Notes: generated by a model from the letters alone, not told the origin. A stretch of 51,779 bases of DNA from a virus (IMGVR_UViG_3300032295_000393:1-51779); one strand, 5' to 3'. Counted from the first letter of the stretch, positions 1 through 8,996 are shown. Translations and numbers: made by a program.

Positions 1-522
1 AACTCTGCCGCTTATTACGGCGGTGACGGTGTGCCTTTGTTTGCAACCAACCACCCCTTGGTTTCTGGTGGAACCAACAGCAACACCCAATCAACCGCCG
101 CAGATTTGAATGAGACTTCCTTGGAAGCCGCCATTATCCAAATCCAACAGTGGACTGATGAACGGGATCTGTTGATCGCCGCCAAGCCCAAGAAGTTGAT
201 TGTTCCTCCCCAGCTTCAATTCGTTGCAACTCGTTTGCTCGAAACCGAACTGCGTGTTGGCACAACCGACAACGACATCAACGCTGTGAAGAACAATGGT
301 TCTGTCTCTGAAGGTTACACCGTTAACAACTTCTTGACCGATCCAAACGGCTGGTTCCTGACCACCGATGTTCCCAACGGCATGAAGCATTTCGTTCGCA
401 CTCCGCTGGCTAACAGCATGGACGGTGACTTTGATACCGGCAACGTCCGCTACAAGTCCCGTGAGCGTTATAGCTTCGGTTGGTCTGATCCCCTCGGTAT
501 GTGGGGCGCACAAGGCGCTTAA
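1..522 (+). CDS. Major capsid protein, C-terminal part (Mu gpT-like, HK97 fold); 5'-truncated
   Basis: Frame is open from base 1 (NSAAYYGGDGVPLFATNHP). It contains PKKLIVPPQL and ends DFDTGNVRYKSRERYSFGWSDPLGMWG, typical of gpT-like capsids. A strong terminator follows. Confidence 0.9.
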   Translation, partial: NSAAYYGGDGVPLFATNHPLVSGGTNSNTQSTAADLNETSLEAAIIQIQQWTDERDLLIAAKPKKLIVPPQLQFVATRLLETELRVGTTDNDINAVKNNGSVSEGYTVNNFLTDPNGWFLTTDVPNGMKHFVRTPLANSMDGDFDTGNVRYKSRERYSFGWSDPLGMWGAQGA

Positions 523-536
523 TTGCCCTTTGAAAG

Positions 537-563
537 AAAGGCTCCTTCGGGAGTCTTTTTTTT
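537..563 (+). terminator. Intrinsic terminator after capsid gene
   Basis: AAAGGCTCC-TTCG-GGAGTCTTT stem with UUCG loop followed by a T-run. Confidence 0.9.
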
Positions 564-574
564 GCGTTTAAACC

Positions 575-603
575 TTGTACAGCGTTTAAATGTGGTGTAT
601 AAA
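575..603 (+). promoter_or_regulatory. Sigma70-like promoter
   Basis: TTGTAC-17 bp-TATAAA. GTTTAAAC lies just upstream of the -35 and GTTTAAAT lies in the spacer. Confidence 0.65.
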
Positions 604-609
604 CTAGGC

Positions 610-684
610 ATCTGGGCTTTCACTTACGTCAACCGCCCCAGCGGACAATGCAATGATGACGTAGGGACTTTTGCATAAAGGAAT
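610..684 (+). ncRNA. Structured double-pseudoknot RNA leader, candidate Mu-gpT-DE-like element
   Basis: Pairings: CTGGG(612-616)/CCCAG(637-641), CTTACGTCA(623-631)/TGACGTAGG(657-665), CCG/CGG, ATGCAA(648-653)/TTGCAT(671-676). It lies directly downstream of a gpT-like gene. Confidence 0.6.
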
Positions 685-688
685 TTTC

Positions 689-1180
689 ATGGGATTCGCA
701 ACTCACCTTGGCCCTTGGTTGTTGGGCACTGTTAAAAACACAACCGGTAATACTGCTGGCACTATCCGCAACATGGGTGCTACAGCCGTTACTCAATCTT
801 TTGCAACCACTGTTGCCGATACCACTGCAACACGAGCTTTTGTTCTTCCCGCAGGCGCACAGATTATCAACATTTATGTTGACATCACTACCGCTTACGC
901 TGGTACGACTGGCAACACCATCACCATTCAAACCGCCGCAGGTTCTTCTTTAGCAGTTGTTGGCGGCGCAACTACCACCCCCTTGGCTATTGGTCGTGCA
1001 ACCACCACCCTGACTGGCGCTCAAGTCGCTACGTTTGTAAACGTGGGTGCAACTGATTTGATCGTTAACGTCATCTACGCTTGCGCTGGTACGGCAAGTG
1101 GTGGTGCGGCTACTGTGACTGTTGAGTACGTTGTCAGAGACTCCAATGGTTCTGCCAATCCAACTACATTCCAAAACTAA
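689..1180 (+). CDS. Virion structural protein (possible capsid decoration/cement)
   Basis: ATG at 689 with AAGGA RBS. Thr/Ala/Gly-rich beta protein (LPAGAQII) next to the capsid gene. Confidence 0.65.
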   Translation: MGFATHLGPWLLGTVKNTTGNTAGTIRNMGATAVTQSFATTVADTTATRAFVLPAGAQIINIYVDITTAYAGTTGNTITIQTAAGSSLAVVGGATTTPLAIGRATTTLTGAQVATFVNVGATDLIVNVIYACAGTASGGAATVTVEYVVRDSNGSANPTTFQN

Positions 1181-1186
1181 TCTGAC

Positions 1187-1210
1187 GGGGAGCTAGTCTC
1201 CCCTTTTTTT
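1187..1210 (+). terminator. Intrinsic terminator
   Basis: GGGGAG-CTAGT-CTCCCC followed by T7. Confidence 0.85.
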
Positions 1211-1226
1211 CTTTAAAGGATTAGCC

Positions 1227-1733
1227 ATGATGCAGACAGACGTAAAGCAAGCGCACATAAACGCAAGTGGTTTTATGGTGCTGGGCAGGAATCGTGTTCG
1301 TTCAATTTCTTTTACTGGCACTTCCAGCGCTGGTAGTGTTGCGTTATTTGACACAACTGTAGCTCCAGTCACAACAGCAACCTATGGAAGATCAGGAACA
1401 ACAGTTACTGTTTCTTCAACGGCGCATGGCCTTGTTACGGGTGATGTCCGTGGGTTTGATTTTGCGGCAGGAACTGGTGGGACAGCCACCAATGGCAACT
1501 ACACAATCACAAGACTGACCGCAGATACATTCACCATAACTGACATCAATTCAGGAAGCATTACCGCTGGCGCATCTCTTGTGTATGGAACTAAATGGCT
1601 TATGTCTTTTGATGTAGCCGCAAGTGACACATTCAACAATGCCCCAATTATTCCTGCTGAAGGGGTTTTGGTGGCAAACGGTGTCTACGCTCAAATTTCA
1701 AACTTGCTTGCTGTAAATATTTTCTACGGGTAA
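1227..1733 (+). CDS. Virion structural protein with inserted small beta-barrel domain
   Basis: AAGGA RBS. The segment TVTVSSTAHGLVTGD...NGNYTITRLTADTFT recurs in phage structural proteins, and a similar one occurs in the 16241 ORF. Confidence 0.6.
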   Translation: MMQTDVKQAHINASGFMVLGRNRVRSISFTGTSSAGSVALFDTTVAPVTTATYGRSGTTVTVSSTAHGLVTGDVRGFDFAAGTGGTATNGNYTITRLTADTFTITDINSGSITAGASLVYGTKWLMSFDVAASDTFNNAPIIPAEGVLVANGVYAQISNLLAVNIFYG

Positions 1734-1736
1734 CCC

Positions 1737-2489
1737 ATGCAACAAGAAGGCTCATTCAATCTGGCTGGTCGAAAAATAATGATCGGCATTCCTTCGTATG
1801 ACTACAAGGTGGCAACGAAGTGGGCAATCTCATTTGCTCATTTCTGCGTTGAAGCCAGCAAGCACGGCGTTCAAATCCAAGTGGGCAACGTATCTGGATG
1901 CTCTGTTGTTTCTCGTGCCAGAAATCTGATTGCGTATGACTTCTTGGAGTCTGACTGCACCGATCTGATGTTCATTGACTCTGACATCACCTTCAATGCA
2001 GATGATGTATTTCGCTTGATGGCTTGGAACAGCGACCCCAAGAAGGGGATTGTTGCTGGCATTCCAGTGGCTCGCAAAAAGGGCAAGGTCTACATCTCCA
2101 CGTTGGACATTGATGAAGACCGTCAGGTTCACATGAATCCAATGGGTCTTGTTCGTGCCCTGCGGGTTGCCACTGCATTCATGATCATCCGCCGTGATGT
2201 GTTCACCACCCTGCAAGATGCACACCCTGAGTGGGCGTACATCGATGACCGCTTGCAAGACGGCAAGACATATTCATTCTTTGATTTCAAGTCCACACCA
2301 GAAGGCTATGTCGGGGAGGATTACACCTTTTGTGACCGTGCCAGAGAGGTTGGATTTGAGGTTTGGATCGACCCCACCATCAAGCTTGGACACATGGGCA
2401 TCCATGAGTTTGAAGGCTCTTTTGGCGAGGATTATCTGTACCCAATGCTTCGTCCTCTTGAAGAGGACAAGAAGGTTGCAAATGGCTAA
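1737..2489 (+). CDS. Glycosyltransferase (GT-A fold, GT2-like)
   Basis: IMIGIP N-terminal strand, SRARN, DxD motif FIDSD, GEDYTFC and KLGHMG. Confidence 0.8.
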   Translation: MQQEGSFNLAGRKIMIGIPSYDYKVATKWAISFAHFCVEASKHGVQIQVGNVSGCSVVSRARNLIAYDFLESDCTDLMFIDSDITFNADDVFRLMAWNSDPKKGIVAGIPVARKKGKVYISTLDIDEDRQVHMNPMGLVRALRVATAFMIIRRDVFTTLQDAHPEWAYIDDRLQDGKTYSFFDFKSTPEGYVGEDYTFCDRAREVGFEVWIDPTIKLGHMGIHEFEGSFGEDYLYPMLRPLEEDKKVANG

Positions 2490-2796
2490 ATCACCAGCAT
2501 GGCAAAGAGCAGAAGGCAAGAATCCGAAAGGCGGTTTAAACGCCAAAGGGAGGGCCTCTGCCAAGGCTCAAGGGATGAATCTGAAGCGTCCACAACCAGA
2601 AGGCGGCAGTCGCAGGGATTCCTTCTGCGCCCGTATGGAGGGGATGAAGAAGAAGCTCACAAGCGCCAAGACCGCAAGCGATCCAGATTCGAGGATTAAC
2701 AAGAGTCTTCGTGCGTGGAATTGTGCTGAAGGTGGCTATGTCACCAAGGCTGATGGCTGTGCCATTAAGGGCAAGACCAAAGGGAAGTTTGTGTAA
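2482..2796 (+). CDS. Small basic phage protein (DUF6321-like)
   Basis: True start is MAKSPAW at 2482, overlapping the GT stop. Motifs GKNPKGGLNAKGRAS, RRDSFCARM and DPDSRINKSLRAWNC. Confidence 0.7.
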   Translation: MAKSPAWQRAEGKNPKGGLNAKGRASAKAQGMNLKRPQPEGGSRRDSFCARMEGMKKKLTSAKTASDPDSRINKSLRAWNCAEGGYVTKADGCAIKGKTKGKFV

Positions 2797-3035
2797 TGGA
2801 ACTCAGCACAATTTGGTCTGCTGGACTGTCGCTTGTTCTGGGCGGTCTTTGGTTCTTCATCCGAGAGAGGTTTGAAGATGTAAAGCGCCTTGAGCGCCTT
2901 TTAAACATAACTCGTGAGGAGATTGCCCGTGATACAGCAACTAAAGCAGAATTGCAAAGACTTACTGACCACATTGATCAACGCTTCAATCGCCTTGAAG
3001 AAAAAATTGATCAGCTTATTCAAGGGGGCAAGTGA
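2796..3035 (+). CDS. Small membrane protein with coiled coil
   Basis: N-terminal hydrophobic helix followed by heptads; translationally coupled to its neighbours. Confidence 0.7.
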   Translation: MELSTIWSAGLSLVLGGLWFFIRERFEDVKRLERLLNITREEIARDTATKAELQRLTDHIDQRFNRLEEKIDQLIQGGK

Positions 3036-3601
3036 TGCCCAGCCAAAGTAAAAAGCAACACAATTTCATGGCGCTTGTCGCCAACAATCCGTCAGCCGCA
3101 AAACGGCTAAAAGTTCCTCAATCAGTTGGAGAAGATTTTATGAAAGCAGACATGGGCAAGAAGTTTAAAGAGGGCGGCGCTTCTATGAAGTCCGACATCA
3201 AGCAAGACAAAAAGGTTGTTAAAAAAGCCTTTTCTATGCATGACAAGCAAGCTCACGGCGGCAAGTCTACTGACCTCACAAAGCTCAAAAAGGGCGGAAT
3301 GATGGACAAGAAAAAAATGATGGGTATGAGCCCCATGATGAAAAAAGGCTATGCAGAGGGCGGCATGACTATGGTCGAAAAGGGCGGAAAAATGGTTCCC
3401 GACTTTGCCGCTGATGGCAAGGGCAAGATGGCTAAAGGTGGCATGGCTACCATGAAATACGCCAAAGGCGGCGTGATTGCCACCCCAATGGGCAAGGTCA
3501 CAGCAGGCGGCAAGCGTCCTCATGGCGAGCATACAGTTCAGACCAAAGGCATGACCAAGGGCAAGATCGTCAAAATGAAAATGGGCGGCAAAGCCTGCTA
3601 A
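3032..3601 (+). CDS. Lys/Met-rich low-complexity protein with repeated xxxGG motifs
   Basis: PSQSKKQHNFM start; FKEGG, YAEGG, MAKGG and YAKGG repeats. Confidence 0.7.
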   Translation: MMPSQSKKQHNFMALVANNPSAAKRLKVPQSVGEDFMKADMGKKFKEGGASMKSDIKQDKKVVKKAFSMHDKQAHGGKSTDLTKLKKGGMMDKKKMMGMSPMMKKGYAEGGMTMVEKGGKMVPDFAADGKGKMAKGGMATMKYAKGGVIATPMGKVTAGGKRPHGEHTVQTKGMTKGKIVKMKMGGKAC

Positions 3602-3611
3602 GGGGTAAATA

Positions 3612-4547
3612 ATGCCAAAAAAGCAAATGAAGTTCAAAGGTGGTGGCAAGGTCAAGCACTACTACACCGGCAGTCAAGTCTCCAGAGACTCTGACAGCGA
3701 GGATTCTTCTAGCCTAAGAGGCAGGGATCTTCCTCCATTTGATGAGATGGAAAGCATCAATGCAGGTGTGCGCCGTGCTTTGGCTGGTGAGCGCCCTCCT
3801 GCGCCCGAATACACTGAAATGCCTGCCTCTAAAGACACTGGCTTTATTAAGGCCGCAAAGAAGGTTGAGAAGTCGCAAGGTTCTGATCCTCGTATGCTTG
3901 AGGCAATGATGAGTCGTGGTTCTCGACCCGGCATCTCCCAAATCCCCGGTCAGAGCAGAAGTGGCCCAGAGGGTGGAGAGCGTGTATCCGGCACTGAGCT
4001 TGGTCGCAATGTCTCCAACACCATGTCTGCGCTGACCCCCTTGGGTGGCGGTGTTGGCAAGATTGGCGCTGAATTGGCTATGGGTAGCCGTGCGTCAAAA
4101 GCCGCCTCAGCCGAAAAATTAAGTCCCGCTGGTCAACGCCTGAAGAACATGGAAGAAGTCCGTAATGTAGCTATGCCCGGACGGAGAGAGGCTGTAATGA
4201 ACCCTATGGCTCATGCTGGCGGCCCAAAAATGATGGAGAAGATTGCCGCTCAAGAAGCTCAGGCTGTTCGTGCCGCTCAAACCGCCGCAAGAAAAAAAGC
4301 CGCTCAGGCTAAGAAAGATGCCAAAGACCCCGTACTAAGCGCCAGACCGGGCAAGGATAAGCCCAAAACCGGCTACCAGTATGAGGGCGAGGTTCCTTTT
4401 CCTCCTATGTACAAAGAGGGCGGCGCAATCAAGAAGTTTGCCAAAGGCGGCTCTGTAAGCTCGGCTTCCAGCCGTGCAGATGGTTGCGCTGTTCGTGGCA
4501 AAACCAAAGGCATGATCTCCAAGATGAAGTCTGGCGGGATGTGCTGA
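3612..4547 (+). CDS. Disordered basic protein with xxxGG and ADGCAVRGKTKG motifs
   Basis: AAGGGG RBS; 311-aa ORF in operon. Confidence 0.7.
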   Translation: MPKKQMKFKGGGKVKHYYTGSQVSRDSDSEDSSSLRGRDLPPFDEMESINAGVRRALAGERPPAPEYTEMPASKDTGFIKAAKKVEKSQGSDPRMLEAMMSRGSRPGISQIPGQSRSGPEGGERVSGTELGRNVSNTMSALTPLGGGVGKIGAELAMGSRASKAASAEKLSPAGQRLKNMEEVRNVAMPGRREAVMNPMAHAGGPKMMEKIAAQEAQAVRAAQTAARKKAAQAKKDAKDPVLSARPGKDKPKTGYQYEGEVPFPPMYKEGGAIKKFAKGGSVSSASSRADGCAVRGKTKGMISKMKSGGMC

Positions 4548-4548
4548 C

Positions 4549-4725
4549 ATGGCAACCGCAAAACCTAATAACAGTGTAGCTAAGTCTCTAAAAAAGGCTG
4601 GGTTTTATGGTGCAAGTAAGCCCAAGCGACTGGACATTATTAACAAAGTCACAACTAAGCCCCAGCGGATAGAGATGGTTGATAAATTGTTTTTAGCCAA
4701 AAAAGTTAAAGGCGGTGCTAAATGA
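4549..4725 (+). CDS. Small basic hypothetical protein (58 aa, not in ORF track)
   Basis: MATAKPNNSVAKSLKKAGFYGAS...KVKGGAK fills the gap exactly; ATGA overlap with the next gene. Confidence 0.65.
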   Translation: MATAKPNNSVAKSLKKAGFYGASKPKRLDIINKVTTKPQRIEMVDKLFLAKKVKGGAK

Positions 4726-4997
4726 TTGCAAGTCGTGGAATGGGGGCAATAGCCCCCTCCAAGATGCCAAAAGCCAAGACCAAGTCTCGGCGGGATGACA
4801 CTGCGTTTAAACAGTTTAAGGAAGGTGGAAGCGTAAACGAGGCTGGCAACTACACCAAGCCCAGTATGCGGAAGTCACTGTTTAACTCTATCAAGGCTTC
4901 GGCGGTACAAGGCACGGCGGCAGGACAGTGGTCAGCAAGAAAAGCACAATTGCTTGCCAAGAGGTACAAAGAAAAGGGCGGAGGTTATCGTGATTGA
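4722..4997 (+). CDS. Small basic protein (DUF5872-like N-part)
   Basis: NYTKPSMRK...GQWSARKAQLLAKRYKEKGGGY motif. Confidence 0.65.
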   Translation: MIASRGMGAIAPSKMPKAKTKSRRDDTAFKQFKEGGSVNEAGNYTKPSMRKSLFNSIKASAVQGTAAGQWSARKAQLLAKRYKEKGGGYRD

Positions 4998-5106
4998 ACA
5001 CGCCAAAGATTGTCTTCTCGAAGAAGCTGGTCAGTGTACTTGTGACGCAATGACCGATGAGCAAATTGATGATGAGCTTCTTGAAAAAGAAGAGGCAAAA
5101 GATTGA
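4990..5106 (+). CDS. Small acidic His/Cys peptide (38 aa, not in ORF track)
   Basis: GTG start after GGAGG; MIEHAKDCLLEEAGQCTCDAMTDEQIDDELLEKEEAKD; overlaps both neighbours. Confidence 0.5.
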   Translation: MIEHAKDCLLEEAGQCTCDAMTDEQIDDELLEKEEAKD

Positions 5107-5336
5107 AAGCACCGCAGACTTCTCTTAAAAACTGGAGCGATCAGAAATGGCGCACCAAGTCAGGAAAGCCTTCGTCAAAAACAGGCGAAAGATACTTGCC
5201 TGAAGCCGCCATCAAGTCTTTGTCTGCTTCTGAGTATGCCGCTACAACCAAAGCAAAGCGCAAAGGTAAGGCGGCAGGAAAACAATTTGTAGCACAGCCT
5301 AAGAGCATTGCAAAGAAAACAGCAGGGTTTAGATAA
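5103..5336 (+). CDS. Small basic protein (DUF5872-like C-part)
   Basis: SLKNWSDQKWRTKSGKPS...GERYLPEAAIKSLS...KQFVAQPK. Confidence 0.65.
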   Translation: MKAPQTSLKNWSDQKWRTKSGKPSSKTGERYLPEAAIKSLSASEYAATTKAKRKGKAAGKQFVAQPKSIAKKTAGFR

Positions 5337-6259
5337 TGTCAACAACAAGCGGAACATCCTCATTTAATCTTGACCTCGTCAATTTGATTGAAGAGGCGTA
5401 CGAGCGTTGTGGTCAGGAAATGCGTACTGGCTATGACATGAGGACTGCTCGCCGCTCGCTGAACATCATGACCATTGAGTGGGCAAACCGTGGCATCAAC
5501 CTGTGGACGATTGAACAGGGCGTAATCCCCATCGTTACTGGACAGGGCTCCTACCCCCTCCCAGTAGACACAATTGATCTTTTGGACACCGTTACCCGCA
5601 CAGGGAATGGCACTCCACAGCAGTCCGACATCAATATCACCCGCATCAGCGAATCGACCTATATGACGATTCCAAACAAGCTGGCGCAGGGTAGACCTAT
5701 TCAGGTGTGGATCAACCGCCAATCAGGCCAATCTAACGTCACCACAGCCACTTTAAACGGGGCAATCTCCTCAACTGATACCACCATCACGGTAAACAAT
5801 GTTTCAGAGCTTACGACCAATGGCTTTGTGTTGATTGACAATGAAACCATCTATTACCAGTCTGTGGATGGAAATCAACTGATCAATTGCGCTCGTGGTC
5901 AAAATGGAACTACTGCCGCATCTCACTCCACTGCCGCAGTTTTGACGGCTCAAAACCTTCCAAACATCAATGTCTACCCAACAGGTGACGGTGGTGGGCC
6001 ATACCTTTTTGTGTACTACCGCTTGCGCCGCATTCAAGATTCTGGCGGCTCGGGTCAGGTGTACCAAGACATCCCATTCCGCTTCATCCCTTGCATGGTG
6101 GCTGGTTTGGCTTTCTATTTGTCGCAAAAGATCCCCGGAGCCATGAATGTTCGTGACTTCTTGAAAAACGAATACGAAGAGCAGTGGATGCTTGCCTCGA
6201 CCGAAGACCGAGACAAAGCGGCGGACAGGTATGTCCCAAGGAATTTGAACTATGCCTAA
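5336..6259 (+). CDS. Head-tail adaptor/connector-type virion protein
   Basis: LIEEAYERCG...ARRSLN...WANRGINLW and C-terminal PFRFIPCMVAGLAFYL; located in the morphogenesis block. Confidence 0.65.
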   Translation: MSTTSGTSSFNLDLVNLIEEAYERCGQEMRTGYDMRTARRSLNIMTIEWANRGINLWTIEQGVIPIVTGQGSYPLPVDTIDLLDTVTRTGNGTPQQSDINITRISESTYMTIPNKLAQGRPIQVWINRQSGQSNVTTATLNGAISSTDTTITVNNVSELTTNGFVLIDNETIYYQSVDGNQLINCARGQNGTTAASHSTAAVLTAQNLPNINVYPTGDGGGPYLFVYYRLRRIQDSGGSGQVYQDIPFRFIPCMVAGLAFYLSQKIPGAMNVRDFLKNEYEEQWMLASTEDRDKAADRYVPRNLNYA

Positions 6260-6677
6260 TACTTTTGCTTCTGGCAAATATGCCATAGCGGAGTGTGACC
6301 GCTGTGGCCAAAGGTATAAGCTGAAGCAGTTGAAGAAGCTGACGATCAAGACCAAGATTGCAAACATCTTGGTTTGCCCAGAATGCTGGGAGCCAGATCA
6401 GCCTCAACTGCAACTGGGTATGTATCCGGTGAATGATCCGCAGGGCATTCGCAATCCAAGGCCAGACCTGAGCTACTACTCGTCAGGTTTAAACGGCTTG
6501 CAAGTCATCCCGGGCAACGGCACGGAGCAACTTGCAAGCGGTGGCCCTGATGGTGGTAGCAGGGTTTTCCAATGGGGGTGGAACCCCGTTGGCGGGGCTA
6601 GGGCAGACGATGCTGGGTTAACTCCCAACGATTTGATTGCCACAGTTAGTTTAAACAGCGTTACAGTACAGGTATAA
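6252..6677 (+). CDS. Hypothetical protein with CxxC...CxxC zinc finger
   Basis: ECDRCG and VCPECWEPDQPQ. Confidence 0.7.
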   Translation: MPNTFASGKYAIAECDRCGQRYKLKQLKKLTIKTKIANILVCPECWEPDQPQLQLGMYPVNDPQGIRNPRPDLSYYSSGLNGLQVIPGNGTEQLASGGPDGGSRVFQWGWNPVGGARADDAGLTPNDLIATVSLNSVTVQV

Positions 6678-6688
6678 GGAGAAACATC

Positions 6689-6877
6689 ATGGCAGGATTT
6701 GATGGAGTTGCCAAAAAAGGCAAAACAGTCGGTAAACAAATTGGGATTGACGGCCCAAAAGTACCCTCAATGGTGGGCGGTAAAGCCAAGCATGGCGTTA
6801 CTGGCGTAGCCATGAAGGCTATGGGTCGCAACATGGCTCGTGCAATGAACCAGAAACGCTCTGGTCGTGGAGGCTGA
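6689..6877 (+). CDS. Small basic protein
   Basis: AAGGAG RBS; DGVAKKGKT and MGRNMARAMNQ. Confidence 0.7.
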   Translation: MAGFDGVAKKGKTVGKQIGIDGPKVPSMVGGKAKHGVTGVAMKAMGRNMARAMNQKRSGRGG

Positions 6878-6878
6878 T

Positions 6879-7166
6879 ATGGGATACAGCAAAAAAATGA
6901 TGGGCAAAGAAGTGGGTGATGCTTCTGTGTATGCGCCTCCTCACAACATGAAGGGCAAGAGCATGACCATTAATCAGCTTGAAAACTCACGCAACAAGGC
7001 GGTTGACCCTAATACATTGTCAGCAGACAAAGTAACCACTCGCACTCCAGCAATGCGGGTGAGCTTGGGCAACCCCAATGCTGATGACATCAAAACCAGT
7101 GGCATTGAAGTCCGTGGTAGTGGTGCGGCAACCAAAGGTCGCATGGCTCGTGGGCCAATGGCGTAA
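6879..7166 (+). CDS. Small basic protein
   Basis: GGAGG RBS before ATG 6879; C-terminal KTSGIEVRGSGAATKGRMARGPMA. Confidence 0.7.
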   Translation: MGYSKKMMGKEVGDASVYAPPHNMKGKSMTINQLENSRNKAVDPNTLSADKVTTRTPAMRVSLGNPNADDIKTSGIEVRGSGAATKGRMARGPMA

Positions 7167-7176
7167 GGAATAGCCC

Positions 7177-7863
7177 ATGACATACAGCGAGTTGGTCACA
7201 GCCATCAAGGGATACACGGAGAACTCCTTTCCGTCTTCCCAAGATATGACTTCGACCGCCCAAATAAACACATTTATCAAGAACGCAGAGATTCGCATCT
7301 ACAACACGGTGCAAATGCCTCAGTTCAAAAAGAATGTTGCAGGGTCGCTGTCTTCTGGCAATAAGTATCTAAGCCTCCCTGATGATTTTTTAGCTGTTTA
7401 TTCGCTGTCTGTTTACACGACACCCGCTCTTGGGATATCAAGCCCTCAAAGCTATTTACTGGTCAAGGACGTAAGTTTTATTCGTGAAACTTACCCAGAC
7501 CCAACTTATGGCGGAGAGCCTGAGTATTACGCAATATTTGGCACAAACTCAACTTACCCATTGGTTGTTTCATTGATTGTTGGCCCGACACCAGATGCAA
7601 ATTATTCTGTTGAACTGCATTATTTTGCTTATCCAACATCAATTACGGTGTCTTCAACATCGTGGCTTGGCAATAACTTTGAAACCGTTCTTCTGTATGG
7701 TTCGCTTTTAGAGGCTTACACCTTTATGAAGGGTGAGCCAGATGTTATTGCTCAGTACCAGAAGCGATACGATGAGGCGTTGTCTCAACTCAAGCGTTTG
7801 GGTGATGGAATGGATCGTAGAGATGCATACCGCAACGGTCAAATAAGTATTCCTGTTAATTAA
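7177..7863 (+). CDS. Phage adaptor / tail tubular-type protein
   Basis: MTYSELVTAI...FIKNAEIRI...GPTPDANYSVELHY...LLYGSLLEAYTFMKGE. Confidence 0.65.
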   Translation: MTYSELVTAIKGYTENSFPSSQDMTSTAQINTFIKNAEIRIYNTVQMPQFKKNVAGSLSSGNKYLSLPDDFLAVYSLSVYTTPALGISSPQSYLLVKDVSFIRETYPDPTYGGEPEYYAIFGTNSTYPLVVSLIVGPTPDANYSVELHYFAYPTSITVSSTSWLGNNFETVLLYGSLLEAYTFMKGEPDVIAQYQKRYDEALSQLKRLGDGMDRRDAYRNGQISIPVN

Positions 7864-7874
7864 AGAAGAACATT

Positions 7875-8315
7875 ATGGCAATCACACAATGCATTCCAAC
7901 AAGCTTCAAAGTAGATATTTTGAGCGCCCAACAAAACTTCAGTTCGCTGAGTGGTGGCCCAAATGCTTTTAAGATTGCCTTGTACACATCTGCGGCAACG
8001 CTGAATGCCGCAACCACCGCATACACCACGACCAATGAAGTTGTTGGCACTAACTATACCGCAGGCGGGGAAGCACTGACAATCTCTACAGCGCCAACAT
8101 CAAGCGGGACAACCGCCTACATTTCGTTTTCAAATGTAACGTGGGCGGCATCAACAATCACCGCCCGTGGGGCATTGATTTACAACAACACTTTGGCTGG
8201 TAAAAATGCCGTGGCAATTCTTGATTTTGGTAGCGACAAGTCAAGTGTTGCAAGCACTTTCACAGTTCAATTCCCAACAGCATCAAGCACCTCTGCAATC
8301 ATAAGGATTTCATAA
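7875..8315 (+). CDS. Virion structural protein (paralogue of 8520)
   Basis: FKIALYTS...TAYTTTNEV.GT.YTAGG...ARGALIYN...DFGSDK, shared with the 8520 ORF. Confidence 0.7.
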   Translation: MAITQCIPTSFKVDILSAQQNFSSLSGGPNAFKIALYTSAATLNAATTAYTTTNEVVGTNYTAGGEALTISTAPTSSGTTAYISFSNVTWAASTITARGALIYNNTLAGKNAVAILDFGSDKSSVASTFTVQFPTASSTSAIIRIS

Positions 8316-8509
8316 TGGCAATCGTCACAACAACCAAAGGCGAAATGGATGACTCTTTGCTGGAAAAGCGAGAGGGTAATGTTGACAATGAAAATGAATT
8401 AACCACATGGGTTGAGTATTGGTTGGATGGGGAGCTTGTCCACCGATCTGCTCATGTGACTTTGAAAAAAATGCCACCTATTGGCGGCGAAACACAACCT
8501 CTAGGCTAA
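8315..8509 (+). CDS. Small hypothetical protein
   Basis: Coupled ORF; TWVEYWLDGELVHRSAHV. Confidence 0.7.
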   Translation: MAIVTTTKGEMDDSLLEKREGNVDNENELTTWVEYWLDGELVHRSAHVTLKKMPPIGGETQPLG

Positions 8510-8519
8510 AGGAAGCATC

Positions 8520-8996
8520 ATGGCAAATACTCAATCGATGACAACTTCGTTTTTGGGCGAAATTCTCACAGCAACACACAATTTCGGCACTGCCCCTGTT
8601 CGTGCATCAGGTGCGGCTGATTCCTTTAAGGCGGCTTTGTACCTGACCTCTGCCACCATAAATGCGGCTACAACCGCATACTCTTCAACGGGAGAGGTGA
8701 CAGGCACAGGTTACACCGCTGGCGGCGTGGCGGTGACCAACGCAACCGCACCAACAGCAACCAACTCCTCTGCAACTGCTGGCGTGGCGTACTGGACTCC
8801 ATCAGCAAGCATCACATACACAACTGTGACCTTGGCTACAGCATTTGATTGCGTTTTGATCTACAACTCTACACAGAGCAACAAGGCTGTGAGCGTCCAC
8901 ACCTTTGGCTCACAAACCATCACGGCTGGCACTTTCACTTTGACAATGCCTTCAAACACCACATCAACCGCTTTGTTGCGCTTGGCTACCACCTAA
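8520..8996 (+). CDS. Virion structural protein (paralogue of 7875)
   Basis: FKAALYL...AYSSTGEVTGTGYTAGG...LIYN...FGSQ. Confidence 0.7.
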   Translation: MANTQSMTTSFLGEILTATHNFGTAPVRASGAADSFKAALYLTSATINAATTAYSSTGEVTGTGYTAGGVAVTNATAPTATNSSATAGVAYWTPSASITYTTVTLATAFDCVLIYNSTQSNKAVSVHTFGSQTITAGTFTLTMPSNTTSTALLRLATT

